DNA of 64,000 bases, taken from positions 32,001 to 96,000 of the forward strand of contig JBCCQY010000005.1 in assembly GCA_039208735.1 (NCBI GenBank). The letters run 5' to 3'. The notes under the pieces are model-generated. The model was not told the DNA's origin. It saw only the letters and a program-made list of their open reading frames with translations, and ran no database searches. Position numbers and translations under genes: made by a program. Every line of letters starts with the position of its first letter. Position 1 is the first letter of the stretch. Positions 49,473-60,461 of the stretch are shown here, piece by piece. Origin of the DNA: Myxococcota bacterium (GTDB taxonomy: Bacteria > Myxococcota_A > UBA796 > GCA-2862545).

Positions 49473-49649
49473 GAGCAACCCGGGACTGGATCGCCCCCAC
49501 AATTCCCGGATGATAAATGGCTGTGAAGCTCGAATGTCTATGCTTTGAATACACTCAGTATACACTTTGTATAGCCTTCGCCTTTCAGAACTTGGTCAGA
49601 ATTGGCACTCCCCTCTTGAGCGTCGAGATTGGCGCGACGGGAGGACGGA

Positions 49650-52451
49650 ATGACTCGAGCCCTTCAAGTAGTCTTCTTCGTGACAGGCTTACTCGCCTGT
49701 TCGGGCGATGACGAGATGCCCGAAGATACGGGAATGCCTGACATGGAGACCGAGACGGATACTGGTGATCCGCCCCCTCCGCCTCCGCCCCCGCAGAACA
49801 TCGTGGAACTCGCGCAGGACAATGATGCGCTGTCGACGCTCGTGAGCCTGCTCGAGCGGGTGGACCTCGATGACACGTTGTCCGGCGAAGGCCCCTTCAC
49901 GGTGTTCGCGCCAGTCAACAGTGCGTTCATGGGCATTGACCCATCGATGCTCTCGGATGAAGAACTCACCGAAATCCTGTCTTACCATGTGGTTTCAGGC
50001 GAAGTGGACTCGGCGTCGATTCCCGAGCGGGCCACGTCGGAAGCCACCTTTACCTTGTTCTTCGATACCGATGGTGGGGTCCGGGTCAACGATGCGAATG
50101 TGACCGAAGCGGACATCGATGCCACCAACGGCATCGTGCACGTGATCGACAGCGTTCTCATGCCGCCCAACATTGTTGAAGCGGCCGGATTTGCTGGTTT
50201 GACCGAACTCACCGCAGCGGTGGGGGCCGCCGATCCGCTGGTCGCGGCTACGCTTTCGGCACCGGGCAACCTTACGGTCTTCGCCCCGACCGATACGGCG
50301 TTCCAGGGCATCACCGCCCCGAGCGACCCCGAAGACCTCGCCGAGATCCTCACCTACCACGTGCTGCCCACCGCGGTGAATTCGACGGAGATTCCCGCAC
50401 TGGCCACGAGCTTCGCGGGCTTCACGCTGTTCTTCGACACCTCGGCCGGCGTGATGGTGAATGACGCCACCGTCGTGGTCGCCGATGTTCAGACCACGAA
50501 CGGCGTGGTGCACGTCATTGACCAGGTGTTGCTGCCGCCCGACATCCTAACCGCAGCTGGGTTTGCGGGGCTCAACGAGCTTGCCACGGCGGTGGGAGCC
50601 GCCAACGCTTCGGTGGCCAACACGCTTTCGGGTCCGGGTCCGTTCACCGTCTTCGCGCCGACCGACATGGCGTTCCAGAACATCACCGCGCCCACGGATC
50701 CCGATGAACTGGCCGAGATCCTCTTCTACCACGCGCTCACCGAAGAGGTGGATTCCACCACGATTCCCGATCTCGCCGATAGCGCGGCGGGGTTCACGAT
50801 GTTCTTCGACACCACGGCCGGGGTGATGGTCAACGACGCGACCGTGGTGGTCGCCGATGTTCGAACCACCAACGGCATCGTCCATGTCATCGACACCGTG
50901 CTCACGCCGCCGGACATCTTGGATGCGGCGGGTTTCGCAGGTCTGAACGAACTTGCCACCGCAGTGGGGGCTGCCGACCCGTCCGTGCTCAAGACGCTTG
51001 ACGGCCGGGGCCCCTTCACGGTGTTCGCGCCCACCGATGCGGCGTTCCAGTCCATCAAGGCCCCGACCGATCCCGCGGCCCTCGCCGAGATCCTCTTCTA
51101 CCACGCGCTGACGAGCGAAGTAGATTCCACGGCCATTCCCGACATTGCCGATAGCGCCGCTGGTTTCACGCTATTCTTCGACACCACGGCCGGCGTTCAG
51201 GTCAACCAGGCCAACGTGGTGATTGCCGACGTTCGCACCACGAACGGCATCGTCCACGTCATCGATGACGTTCTGCTGCCCCCCGACATCGCAACGGCGG
51301 CGGGCTTCGCGGGACTCAACGAACTCGTCAATGCGGCTCTCGCGGCTGACCCCATCGTGCTCAAGACGCTGGCGGGACCGGGGCCCTTCACGGTGTTTGC
51401 GCCGACCGACGCGGCGTTCCAGAGCATCACCGCGCCCACCGATCCCGCAGCTCTCGCGGAGATCCTCTTCTACCACGCGCTGACGAGCGAAGTGGATTCC
51501 ACGGCCATTCCGGCCTTGGCCGATAGTGCGGCTGGTTTCACGTTGTTCTTCGATACGACGGCGGGTGTTCAGGTCAACCAGGCCAGCGTCGTGATTGCGG
51601 ACGTGCGCACCACGAATGGCATCGTGCATGTCATCGATGACGTTTTGTTGCCGCCGGACATCGTTGAGGCTGCGGGATTCGCGGGCCTCAACGAGCTTGC
51701 TGCCGCGGTGGGCGCAGCGGACGCCTCGGTGGTCGCCGCCCTGCAGGGCCCGGGTCCGTTGACCGTGTTTGCCCCGACCGACACCGCCTTCCAGGCCATT
51801 ACCGCGCCGACCGACCCCGGTGAACTCGCGGACATCCTCTTCTACCACGCCTACCCGGGTAGCTTCGACGCCGCGTCGATCCCGGCCAAGGCCGATAGTG
51901 CATTCGCTAACGACTTCGGCATTCCGGTCAGCGCGCTGTTCGACACCTCGAATGGGGTCGACATCAACAACGCCTCGGTCGTTGTCGCGGATGTCCGGAC
52001 GACCAACGGCATTGTGCACGTGATCGACGAAGTCCTGCTTCCGCCTTCGATCCTCGATCTCGCGGGCATTGCGGGGCTCAACAGCTTGGCCGGGGCGCTC
52101 ATGGCGGCGCCAGGCGACCTCGACGTGCTCCTGTCGGGCTCGGGTCCCTTCACGGTGTTCGCTCCGACCGACGACGCGTTTTCGGGGGCTCCGGCGGTGA
52201 CGGGTCAGGACCTGACCGACGTTTTGCTCTTCCACGTCGTCGACCTTGACATTGCGACGCCGGTGCTTGCCGCGGACCTCGTGGATGGCGAAGTCGACAC
52301 GGCCCTGACCGAGACCAACGCCATCGACACCATCACCGTAGATACGGTGGCCGGTACGGTCGAAGGGGCGAATCTGGTGCTCACGGACGTCAATGGCACG
52401 AACGGCACGGTCCACGTCATCGACGCGGTCATGATTCCTCCGAGCTTCTAG
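49650..52451 (+). CDS. Lipoprotein with seven fasciclin (FAS1) domains
   Basis: Lipobox LLAC; 7 x TVFAP(T/V)(D/N).AF ... TNG.VHVID; central repeats with 372-nt period. Confidence 0.93.
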   Translation: MTRALQVVFFVTGLLACSGDDEMPEDTGMPDMETETDTGDPPPPPPPPQNIVELAQDNDALSTLVSLLERVDLDDTLSGEGPFTVFAPVNSAFMGIDPSMLSDEELTEILSYHVVSGEVDSASIPERATSEATFTLFFDTDGGVRVNDANVTEADIDATNGIVHVIDSVLMPPNIVEAAGFAGLTELTAAVGAADPLVAATLSAPGNLTVFAPTDTAFQGITAPSDPEDLAEILTYHVLPTAVNSTEIPALATSFAGFTLFFDTSAGVMVNDATVVVADVQTTNGVVHVIDQVLLPPDILTAAGFAGLNELATAVGAANASVANTLSGPGPFTVFAPTDMAFQNITAPTDPDELAEILFYHALTEEVDSTTIPDLADSAAGFTMFFDTTAGVMVNDATVVVADVRTTNGIVHVIDTVLTPPDILDAAGFAGLNELATAVGAADPSVLKTLDGRGPFTVFAPTDAAFQSIKAPTDPAALAEILFYHALTSEVDSTAIPDIADSAAGFTLFFDTTAGVQVNQANVVIADVRTTNGIVHVIDDVLLPPDIATAAGFAGLNELVNAALAADPIVLKTLAGPGPFTVFAPTDAAFQSITAPTDPAALAEILFYHALTSEVDSTAIPALADSAAGFTLFFDTTAGVQVNQASVVIADVRTTNGIVHVIDDVLLPPDIVEAAGFAGLNELAAAVGAADASVVAALQGPGPLTVFAPTDTAFQAITAPTDPGELADILFYHAYPGSFDAASIPAKADSAFANDFGIPVSALFDTSNGVDINNASVVVADVRTTNGIVHVIDEVLLPPSILDLAGIAGLNSLAGALMAAPGDLDVLLSGSGPFTVFAPTDDAFSGAPAVTGQDLTDVLLFHVVDLDIATPVLAADLVDGEVDTALTETNAIDTITVDTVAGTVEGANLVLTDVNGTNGTVHVIDAVMIPPSF

Positions 52452-52525
52452 CCCGCCGCGCGTTGCGTGGCACGAGTCGTGAGGGGCGACCGCCCTGATC
52501 TATACTCCTCCGAGGAGTTGGGTCG

Positions 52526-55252
52526 ATGAAGAACACGATTCGCGTCCGCATCGATGGCGAAGAGGTGGAGGTTCCCGCTGGCTCCACGGTACTGACCGCG
52601 GCGGCGATGGCCGGCCGAGACGTACCGACACTCTGCCACGATCCGCGGGTGGACCCTATGGGGTCCTGTCGCATGTGCCTGGTCGAGATCGAGGGCCAGC
52701 GCCGACTGCAGCCGAGCTGTCGGTTCGAGGCGACCCCTGACATGGTCGTCCACACGAGCAGTGAGCGGGTTCAGCGGCATCGCCAGATGCTGCTTTCGTT
52801 CTACCTCGCGGACCATGAACTCGATGCCGATGGCCTGCCGAAAGAGCGCGGTACCGGCAATCGACTGCGCGAGCACGTGATGGAGCACGGGACCGCAGGG
52901 CCGCTTCCCTCCATCGCCGCGCCACGGGGCTACCGCGAAGACGCGAACCCCTACATCCATTTCGACCCCGAAGCCTGCGTGCTGTGCAACCTATGCGTGC
53001 GCTACTGCGACGAGATCGAGGCCGTCTCGGCGATCACCTTGGCCCATCGGGGGGCGGAAACCACCATCGCCACGGCCGATCAGCGCAGCCTTCTCGACAC
53101 GAGCTGCGAGATGTGCGGCGGGTGCATCGCGGTGTGCCCCACCGGGGCGATGACCGAAAAGCCGAGCCTCGCATCCGATTGGCGAGAGGAGACGCAGGTG
53201 CGAACCACCTGCAACTTCTGTGGGGTAGGCTGCCAGCTCGATCTTCACGTCAAAGACGACCGCATCGTCCGGATCACCTCCCCAGATCCCGGTGAAACCG
53301 TCAACGACGGCAACACGTGCATCAAGGGGCGGTTCGCCTACGAGTTCGTGCACCACGATGAGCGACTTACCCAGCCACTGGTGAGGGGCGCCGACGGGGA
53401 GCTTCGGCCGACCACCTGGGCGCACGCGCTCGAGACCGCAGCCAAGGGGCTCCTTGGCGTCAAGGAGCGCCACGGGGCCGATGCGCTCGGCTTCATCAGC
53501 AGCAGCCGTTGCACCGGTGAAGAGAACTACCTGATGCAGAAGCTCGCCCGAGCGGCCTTCGGCACCAACAACTGTCACCAGTGTGCAGCTACGTGACACG
53601 CGCCGACGGTCGCCGGTCTGGTGACCATGTTTGGCGCGGGTGCGATGACGAACTCGATCCCCGAAATTCGGGACACCGAGTTGATGTTCGTGATCGGTTC
53701 GAACACCACCGAGGCCCATCCCGTCATCGCGATGGAGATGAAACGAGCCGCGCGGAATGGCGCGAAGCTCATCGTGGCTGACCCTCGGAAGATCTGGCTG
53801 TCCGAGATTGCCGATCTGCACCTGCAGTTGAAGCCGGGGACCGATGTGGCCCTGCTTTCGGCCATGGGCCACGTGATCTTGGACGAAGGACTCGTCGATC
53901 AGGGCTTCATCGATGCGCACACCGAGAACCTAAGTGCAGTCGTCGAAGCCTACCGCGAGACCACCCCCGAGTGGGCCGAGGCCATCACGGGAGTGCCGGC
54001 CGACGACATTCGCACGGCAGCGCGGATGTACGCCACGACCGAACGCGCCGGCATTTACTACACCTTGGGCATCACCGAGCACACCCACGGTACCGACAAC
54101 GTTTACGGACTTGCGAACCTCGTGCTCATGACCGGTCACTTAGGCAAACCGTCGGCCGGGATGAACCCGCTGCGGGGCCAGAACAACGTGCAAGGCGCGA
54201 ACGATGCCGGGGCGAGCCCCGTGTTCTACCCGGGCTACCAGCGGGTGACTGACGGTGCCGCCCGGGCCAAGTTCGAGGCTGCTTGGGGGGTGCCGCTATC
54301 TCCCGATGAAGGCCTCAACCTGAACGTGATGATGAAGGCGATGGCCCACGGGTCGATCAAAGGCCTCTACGTGGTGGGCGAAGACATCGTGTTGTCGGAA
54401 CCCAACGCCGAGAAGGTGGAGCGCGGGCTCAACCAGTGTGAGTTCGTCGTCCTCCAAGACATCTTCCTCAACGAAACCGCACGATTCGCCGACGTCATCC
54501 TTCCTGCGGCGTGTTTTGCGGAAAAGGACGGAGTGTTCACCAACTCCGACCGCCGGGTCCAGCGGGTTCGCAAGGCGGTGTCGCCCCCCGGCGAAGCCCG
54601 TGCGGACTGGGAAATCTTGTGTGATCTGGCGCGGGCGGTGGGCTACCCGATGCCGCACTATCCAGGCCCAGCCGAGGTTTACACCGAGATGGCGTCGCTC
54701 TCCGACAAGTTTTCGGGCATCAGCCACGCCCGGCTTGAGGTCGACACCCAAGGCTTGCAGTGGCCGTGTCCCACCGCGGACCACCCCGGCACGCCCACCC
54801 TTCATGGCGACGGTCCCATCAAGGGCAAGGCAAGCTTCCAGCCCATCGCCTACCGGCCGAGTGACGAGTTGCCGGATGAGACCTACCCGTTGCTGTTGTC
54901 GACGGGTCGCACGCTGTACCACTACAACGCGGGCACGCAGACCCGGCGGGCGAGCGGTCCTATGGCGAAGCAACGCGAGAACTTCATCGAGATGCATCGC
55001 AAGGACGCGGCGACACGCGGTTTGCGCGATGGCGATCGGGTGAGGGTGACGTCGCGTCGCGGCGAGGTGGAGGCGGTGGTTTGGGTAAGCCCGCGCATGC
55101 GGCGAGGTTGTGTCTGGATGCCCCTGCACTTCCCGGAGTCGCTCACCAACCGACTCACGAACGACGCTGGAGACACCATCACAGGCACCGGTGAGTACAA
55201 GGTGTGCGCGGTTCGCGTCATGCCGGCCACGCAAGGCGCGGCTGCGAAGTAG
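52526..55252 (+). CDS. fdhF: Selenocysteine-containing formate dehydrogenase alpha subunit (Mo/W-bisPGD) with N-terminal Fe-S domains; Sec357 at TGA 53594-53596
   Basis: Two ORFs in one frame joined as CHQCAAT-U-HAPTVAGL; CNFCGVGC..CIKG, PLRGQNNVQG, TGR.L.HYN. Confidence 0.93.
53608..53626 (+). promoter_or_regulatory. SECIS hairpin of FDH
   Basis: GGUCGCCG-GUC-UGGUGACC stem starting 11 nt after UGA. Confidence 0.8.
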
Positions 55253-55308
55253 CACCTCGACGGAGGGCCGTGGCATGATTGCGGCCCTTTTGCCAGGAGG
55301 TTGCCTTG

Positions 55309-56943
55309 GTGCGTGCCCTGTCCGACGTGGCCCAATCTTTGGGGCTTTCGCCCGAAGACTACGACTTGTGGGGCCCCGAACGGGCCAAGATCCGCCCTGA
55401 TGTGCTGATGCGCCGCCGAAGCCGTGAGGGGCAGGGGCGGCTCGTCCTTGTCAGCGCCATGACGCCGACCCCGGCGGGAGAGGGCAAGACGACGACGTCG
55501 ATCGGACTTGCGCAGGGGCTAAGCCAGCTCGGCGACAGCGTGGTCACCTGCCTTCGCGAACCCTCTCTGGGCCCCATCTTTGGGGTCAAGGGCGGCGGCA
55601 CCGGAGGGGGGAAGAGCCAGCTCCACCCGGCTGTCGACATCAACTTGCACTTCACGGGCGACTTGCATGCGGTTTCGGCGGCGAACAACCTCCTTGCCGC
55701 GATGATCGACAACCACCTGCACTTCCGCCTCGAGCCGAGGCTCCACCCCGGACGCATCCAGTGGCGGCGCGTCGTCGACATGAACGACCGTGCGCTGCGG
55801 CAAATCGTGGTCGGGTTGGGCGGGGCCAAAAACGGTACGACGGGCGAACGCCACTTCGACATTACGGCTGCGAGCGAGGTCATGGCCATTCTGTGCCTCG
55901 CCGATAGCGTCGACGACCTGCGGACGCGTCTAGGGCGCATCCTCGTGGGGTTCGACGAAGGCGGCAAACCTGTCACGGCCGACACCTTAGGCGCCACCGG
56001 GGGCATGCTCGCGTTGCTCAAGGATGCGATGCGGCCCAATCTCGTCCAAACCTCCGAAGGGGTGCCCGCCATCGTGCACGGGGGGCCCTTTGCGAACATC
56101 GCGCATGGCTGTTCGAGCGTACTGGGAACGAGGCTCGGTCTGCAGCTTGCCGACTGGGTGATCACCGAAGCGGGCTTTGGCTTCGATCTGGGTGCGGAGA
56201 AGTTCTTCGACATCAAGTGCCGTTCGGCGGGTCTCGACACCGCGGCGGTGGTGTTGGTGGCGACGGCCCGGGCGCTCAAGCACCACGGCGGTGCCGAGGC
56301 CGATGCCTACGGAGTGCCCAATCCCGATCGGGTGGCCGCGGGGCTTGGCAACCTTGAAAAGCATCTCGAAAGCGTCCGTCACTTTGGTGAGACGCCCATC
56401 GTGGCGCTGAACCGGCGGCTCGAAGACACCGAGGAGGAGATTGCCGTGGTTCGGGAACGGTGCGCCGAGCTTGGGGTGGCCTTCGCCGTGGCCGATCCTT
56501 ACGGGACCGGCGGTCCGGGGTGCACCGATTTGGCCCGGCTCGTGAAGCAGCATGCCAAGACCACCGACGACCCCTACCGGCCCGTCTACACGCTCGAGCA
56601 GCCCGTGGAAGAGAAGATCGCGGCGATTGCCAAGTCGATCTACGGTGCTTCAGGGGTGGCGTGGACGGGTGCGGCGCGCACCGCCGCAAACCGGGCGCGT
56701 CGCCTGGGCTACGGGGACCTTCCCGTGTGCGTCGCCAAGACCCAGAGTTCGCTGTCTGACAATCCAAAGCTTCGGAATCGGCCGACCGACTTCGAGGTCA
56801 CGGTGCGCGATCTGCGCATCAACGCAGGCGCGGGCTTTCTTGTTGCCCTCTTAGGGGATGTGGTTCGCATGCCCGGCCTACCCAAACGCCCCACCGCCTG
56901 GGACATCGACGTCGTCGATGGAACCATCCATGGCGTGGGCTGA
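55309..56943 (+). CDS. fhs: Formate--tetrahydrofolate ligase
   Basis: TPTPAGEGKTT, REPSLGP.FG.KGG, NLHFTGD, HGGPFANIAHG, TEAGFG.DLG.EKF, MPGL; AGGAGG SD. Confidence 0.96.
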   Translation: MRALSDVAQSLGLSPEDYDLWGPERAKIRPDVLMRRRSREGQGRLVLVSAMTPTPAGEGKTTTSIGLAQGLSQLGDSVVTCLREPSLGPIFGVKGGGTGGGKSQLHPAVDINLHFTGDLHAVSAANNLLAAMIDNHLHFRLEPRLHPGRIQWRRVVDMNDRALRQIVVGLGGAKNGTTGERHFDITAASEVMAILCLADSVDDLRTRLGRILVGFDEGGKPVTADTLGATGGMLALLKDAMRPNLVQTSEGVPAIVHGGPFANIAHGCSSVLGTRLGLQLADWVITEAGFGFDLGAEKFFDIKCRSAGLDTAAVVLVATARALKHHGGAEADAYGVPNPDRVAAGLGNLEKHLESVRHFGETPIVALNRRLEDTEEEIAVVRERCAELGVAFAVADPYGTGGPGCTDLARLVKQHAKTTDDPYRPVYTLEQPVEEKIAAIAKSIYGASGVAWTGAARTAANRARRLGYGDLPVCVAKTQSSLSDNPKLRNRPTDFEVTVRDLRINAGAGFLVALLGDVVRMPGLPKRPTAWDIDVVDGTIHGVG

Positions 56944-56946
56944 CCG

Positions 56947-57417
56947 CTAAGGACCGAAGGTGTTGTTCAGCGAGCTGCCAATCGCCATGACCGCGATGAA
57001 GCCGCCGCAGTAGAGCACCATGAAGACGAGGCTCGTGATGCCCATCAGCCGCCAAAAGTTGCGATGGGCGCGCAGCACGTTGGCCAGCGCAGGAAGTCCG
57101 CCCCCATTGGCCAACGCCGTGATCGCGGTGCTCTGTTGGATGAGCAACCACGCGAACGCACCGTAGAGCAGCACGATGGCCAAGTAGGGAATCGCCAGTC
57201 CCAACAGCAGGAGGTTCTCGCTCGAGCCGGTCGCTAGCCCGGCCAGACCTCCCAGCACCGTGACGGCGGTTGCGAGGCCGCCAAGACCCGCCACCAGCGC
57301 GGTTAGCACACCGATGAGGAGCAGCCACGGCCGCGTCTGCGTCAGCAGCCGTTGGTGTTCTTCCGTTCTGGCGTCGTCAGGGGTGTCGAACGCCTGAAAC
57401 GGGTTGTCATCCGCCAT
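56947..57417 (-). CDS. Small membrane protein (DUF5362-like)
   Basis: L..TRPW, three TM helices, FWR..GI. Confidence 0.6.
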   Translation of the reverse strand: MADDNPFQAFDTPDDARTEEHQRLLTQTRPWLLLIGVLTALVAGLGGLATAVTVLGGLAGLATGSSENLLLLGLAIPYLAIVLLYGAFAWLLIQQSTAITALANGGGLPALANVLRAHRNFWRLMGITSLVFMVLYCGGFIAVMAIGSSLNNTFGP

Positions 57418-57530
57418 GTCTTCGTCCTCCGAGGTTCCCACGATAGCTCGGAGGAGGTCGTGGAAGGTCCCAGGGAAACGTCCCAGCAACGCAGTGCCCA
57501 GAGCGTCAGATCCGTCCCAAGGAGGAGCGC

Positions 57531-58310
57531 ATGCTGTGGTGGATTAGCGCGTTGGCATGGGGGCAGGTCAATGCCGAAGATCTCGCAGACAAGGCCGGCT
57601 CGCCCGGACTCGCTGGAGACCTCTCGGCGCGTGGCGCGTTCTTTTTGGGGAACCTCGATTTGGTCGATGTTGAAGGGGTGGCTCGCGGCCATTGGACGCG
57701 CGTGGACCCCAAGACCGAAGCCCTCCGCACACGCCTGCTCGCCCAGATCAGTGGTGCTTTGCGCACGTTGGCGGGGCGTCGCCTGCTCGACCAACGGTTG
57801 ATCCACCTTCGTGCCACGCACTTTGACCGCGCCCGTTTCGGCCCCGATGTCTTCGCGCAGCTCAACAATGACGTCATACGGCTCCTGAGGTGGCGAGCGG
57901 TGGGTGGGGTTGGGGTCTCGGCGCGCCCTTTCGTGTTCGATGCCTGGGAGGTGGGGTTCGGCACCGCCTACATGGCGGAGTTTGAAGACCGCAATGTGAC
58001 GGATGAACCAAGGCAAGTCCTGAATCACCGGTGGTCGACCTACGTGTCTTGGACCGCCCAACTGCACGAAACGTTCTCCTGGACCAACACGGTCTACGTC
58101 CAACCCCGATTCGACCGGTTTGCCGACCTTCAGGTGCTCAATGAAACCGCCGTTCGGTTTGCGGTCGCCAAGTGGTTGTCGTACGTCACCACGGTTCAGC
58201 TGCGCGTCGATACCGAGCCCCCGATGGGTGTGGTACCCGTCGATGCCAGGTTCATCGTTGGCTTAATGCTGCATGGGGCTCGGCCGCCGCACCTTCGTGC
58301 ACCCCTCTGA
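57531..58310 (+). CDS. DUF481-type outer-membrane beta-barrel protein
   Basis: AQVN-like N-terminus, alternating beta strands, NT.Y.QP; AGGAGG SD. Confidence 0.7.
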   Translation: MLWWISALAWGQVNAEDLADKAGSPGLAGDLSARGAFFLGNLDLVDVEGVARGHWTRVDPKTEALRTRLLAQISGALRTLAGRRLLDQRLIHLRATHFDRARFGPDVFAQLNNDVIRLLRWRAVGGVGVSARPFVFDAWEVGFGTAYMAEFEDRNVTDEPRQVLNHRWSTYVSWTAQLHETFSWTNTVYVQPRFDRFADLQVLNETAVRFAVAKWLSYVTTVQLRVDTEPPMGVVPVDARFIVGLMLHGARPPHLRAPL

Positions 58311-58405
58311 CGGGGGCGAGGGTTCGAATTGTCCCAAGGCGTCGTCCTAGAGGCGGCCACTCGGAGTCGGCAGATTGGTCGGGCAACTTGAATGAAGGAG
58401 CATCC

Positions 58406-59152
58406 ATGAGTGGCGACCTGAATCCGACGTTTCCTGGCCGGCCCAAGCGCGTGTTGATCATCGCGGCAAACCCCACGGTCAGCGAGCAGACGGGCTTTCC
58501 GATTGGGTTTTGGTGGGCTGAACTGACCCATCCGTATTGGGTCTTCATCGAGGCCGGCTACGACGTTGAAATCCGCAGCCCTAAGGGGGGGCGTCTCGAG
58601 GGTGACAAGTGGTCCGACCCTCGGGATGAGAGCGGGTATTCGGCGGACGATGTTCTGAGCCTTGGCTTCATTGAATCTCAAAAGCACCGTGCACTGGTCG
58701 AAAATACGGCCAGCATCGAAGACGTGAACATCGACAACTACGACGCGATCTTCCTCGTGGGCGGCCAGTCGCCAATGTATACGTTTTACCGGAACGAAGC
58801 GTTGACCAACCTTCTGGTGCGGTTTTACGAATCGGGTAAGGTCACCGCAGTCGTGTGCCATGCCACGTGCATGTTGCTCGATGCCAAGCTGTCCAGCGGC
58901 GATCTGATGGTGAAAGGAAAGACCTGGACGGGATTCGCGAACAGTGAAGAAATCTTTGCGGACGAATTCGTGGGGAAGAAGATCCAGCCGTTCTGGATCG
59001 AAGAAGAAGCGCGCAAACTGACCGACACCAACTTCGTAGTGGACCAGCAATTCAGGCATTTCGCGGTGCGCGACGGCCACCTCATCACAGGGCAGCAACA
59101 GCACTCCGGTGCGGCAGCGGCGCAGCTCGTTGTGGAAGCCCTGGGACGCTGA
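58406..59152 (+). CDS. DJ-1/PfpI (class I glutamine amidotransferase-like, Hsp31/glyoxalase III type) protein
   Basis: GFW..EL.HPY, YDAIF..GG, AVVCH, LITGQ. Confidence 0.88.
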   Translation: MSGDLNPTFPGRPKRVLIIAANPTVSEQTGFPIGFWWAELTHPYWVFIEAGYDVEIRSPKGGRLEGDKWSDPRDESGYSADDVLSLGFIESQKHRALVENTASIEDVNIDNYDAIFLVGGQSPMYTFYRNEALTNLLVRFYESGKVTAVVCHATCMLLDAKLSSGDLMVKGKTWTGFANSEEIFADEFVGKKIQPFWIEEEARKLTDTNFVVDQQFRHFAVRDGHLITGQQQHSGAAAAQLVVEALGR

Positions 59153-59173
59153 CCCATCGCTTGGGAGAGACGA

Positions 59174-60424
59174 ATGACGCAAACGCCGCTCGAGCCCGAG
59201 ATTGTAGTCAATAGCCGTGAAGAACTCATCTTCTTGCTTCAGGAAGCCGCCGAGATCGAACACGGGCTGATGTGCACGTATCTCTACGCGTCTTGGAGCC
59301 TCAAAGGTGCAGACGATGGGCTTTCCTCGGCGCAGGCGGAGGCCGTGGAACGGTGGCGAAAAGCCATCGTGAGCGTGGCGGTGGATGAAATGCTTCACCT
59401 GGCGGTCGTAAGCAATTTGCTGACGGCGGTGGGCGCAGGGCCTCATCTGTCAAGGCAGAACCTCCCCGTCACGCCGGGCTACCACCCCGGCGCCCTGGTG
59501 GTGAAGCTCGCTGCATTCAACGAAAGTACCATCGATCACTTCGTCTACCTCGAGCGTCCGGAAGGGGTGGAGCTGCCGGATGGCGCCGAGTTTGTCCACG
59601 GCACGTGGGTTCGGCCTTCCCTTTCGAGGGACACCTGGATGCCCACCGCGCAGGACTACCTCACCGTGGGCCACTTCTACCGCTCTCTGCGGGCTGCGTT
59701 TACGCGCTTGGCGAACCGGCTGGGAGAGCAGGCGCTGTTTTGTGGAGACCCCGCTCGACAAGTCGGGCCCGGCATCTTGGATTGGGACGGACTTGAACCG
59801 GTGGTCGATGTCGTGTCGGCCCACCGGGCCATTGACCTGATCGTTGAGCAAGGGGAGGGGTCCCCAGGTCACGTCGAGAATTCGCATTACGCGCGGTTTT
59901 GCACGATTCAGGAAGAGCGCAAGGCGCTGCAGCAGGCCGATCCGAGGTTCGAACCCGCGCATCGATGCGCCACCAACCCGGTCCAGAAACGGCCCCCGAA
60001 GCCGGAAGGGCGGGTCCACATCGTGCACCCTCCGGCCGCACAGCTGCTCGATCTAGGCAATGCGACCTACAATTTGATGCTTCGGACGCTCGCCCAAGGA
60101 CTGGGGGCGGATGCCTCCATCGAAGCACGGCGTGGCTACATTGATGCGGCGATCGATGGGATGAAGCTACTGGATCGGATCGGTCGACAGTTAGCTCGAA
60201 TGCCGGCGGACCCCGAACGGCATCCGGGTATCCACGCGGGGTTGAGCTTTGCGGTCACCCGGGGTCAGGCCTTCCTTCCCGAGGCCGGCGCTGCCAAACG
60301 ACTCTTGAGTGAGCGGTATCGTGAGTTGGCCAGTGCGTTTCGGCAGGTCGAAGGCCAACTTGGGGGCGTCGAGATGGTGGCGACCCAACTTGCAGAACTT
60401 GGCGCCGGATTGCCCACCGTGTAG
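59174..60424 (+). CDS. Ferritin-like (VioB-type) domain protein
   Basis: L..AAEIEH...C.YLYA, EMLHL...NLL.A.G, F..LE.P, I.EQGEG, SHY.RF. Confidence 0.8.
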   Translation: MTQTPLEPEIVVNSREELIFLLQEAAEIEHGLMCTYLYASWSLKGADDGLSSAQAEAVERWRKAIVSVAVDEMLHLAVVSNLLTAVGAGPHLSRQNLPVTPGYHPGALVVKLAAFNESTIDHFVYLERPEGVELPDGAEFVHGTWVRPSLSRDTWMPTAQDYLTVGHFYRSLRAAFTRLANRLGEQALFCGDPARQVGPGILDWDGLEPVVDVVSAHRAIDLIVEQGEGSPGHVENSHYARFCTIQEERKALQQADPRFEPAHRCATNPVQKRPPKPEGRVHIVHPPAAQLLDLGNATYNLMLRTLAQGLGADASIEARRGYIDAAIDGMKLLDRIGRQLARMPADPERHPGIHAGLSFAVTRGQAFLPEAGAAKRLLSERYRELASAFRQVEGQLGGVEMVATQLAELGAGLPTV

Positions 60425-60461
60425 GTCGCGAAGGGATACGCGTCCGGCATCAGGAGGAAAC

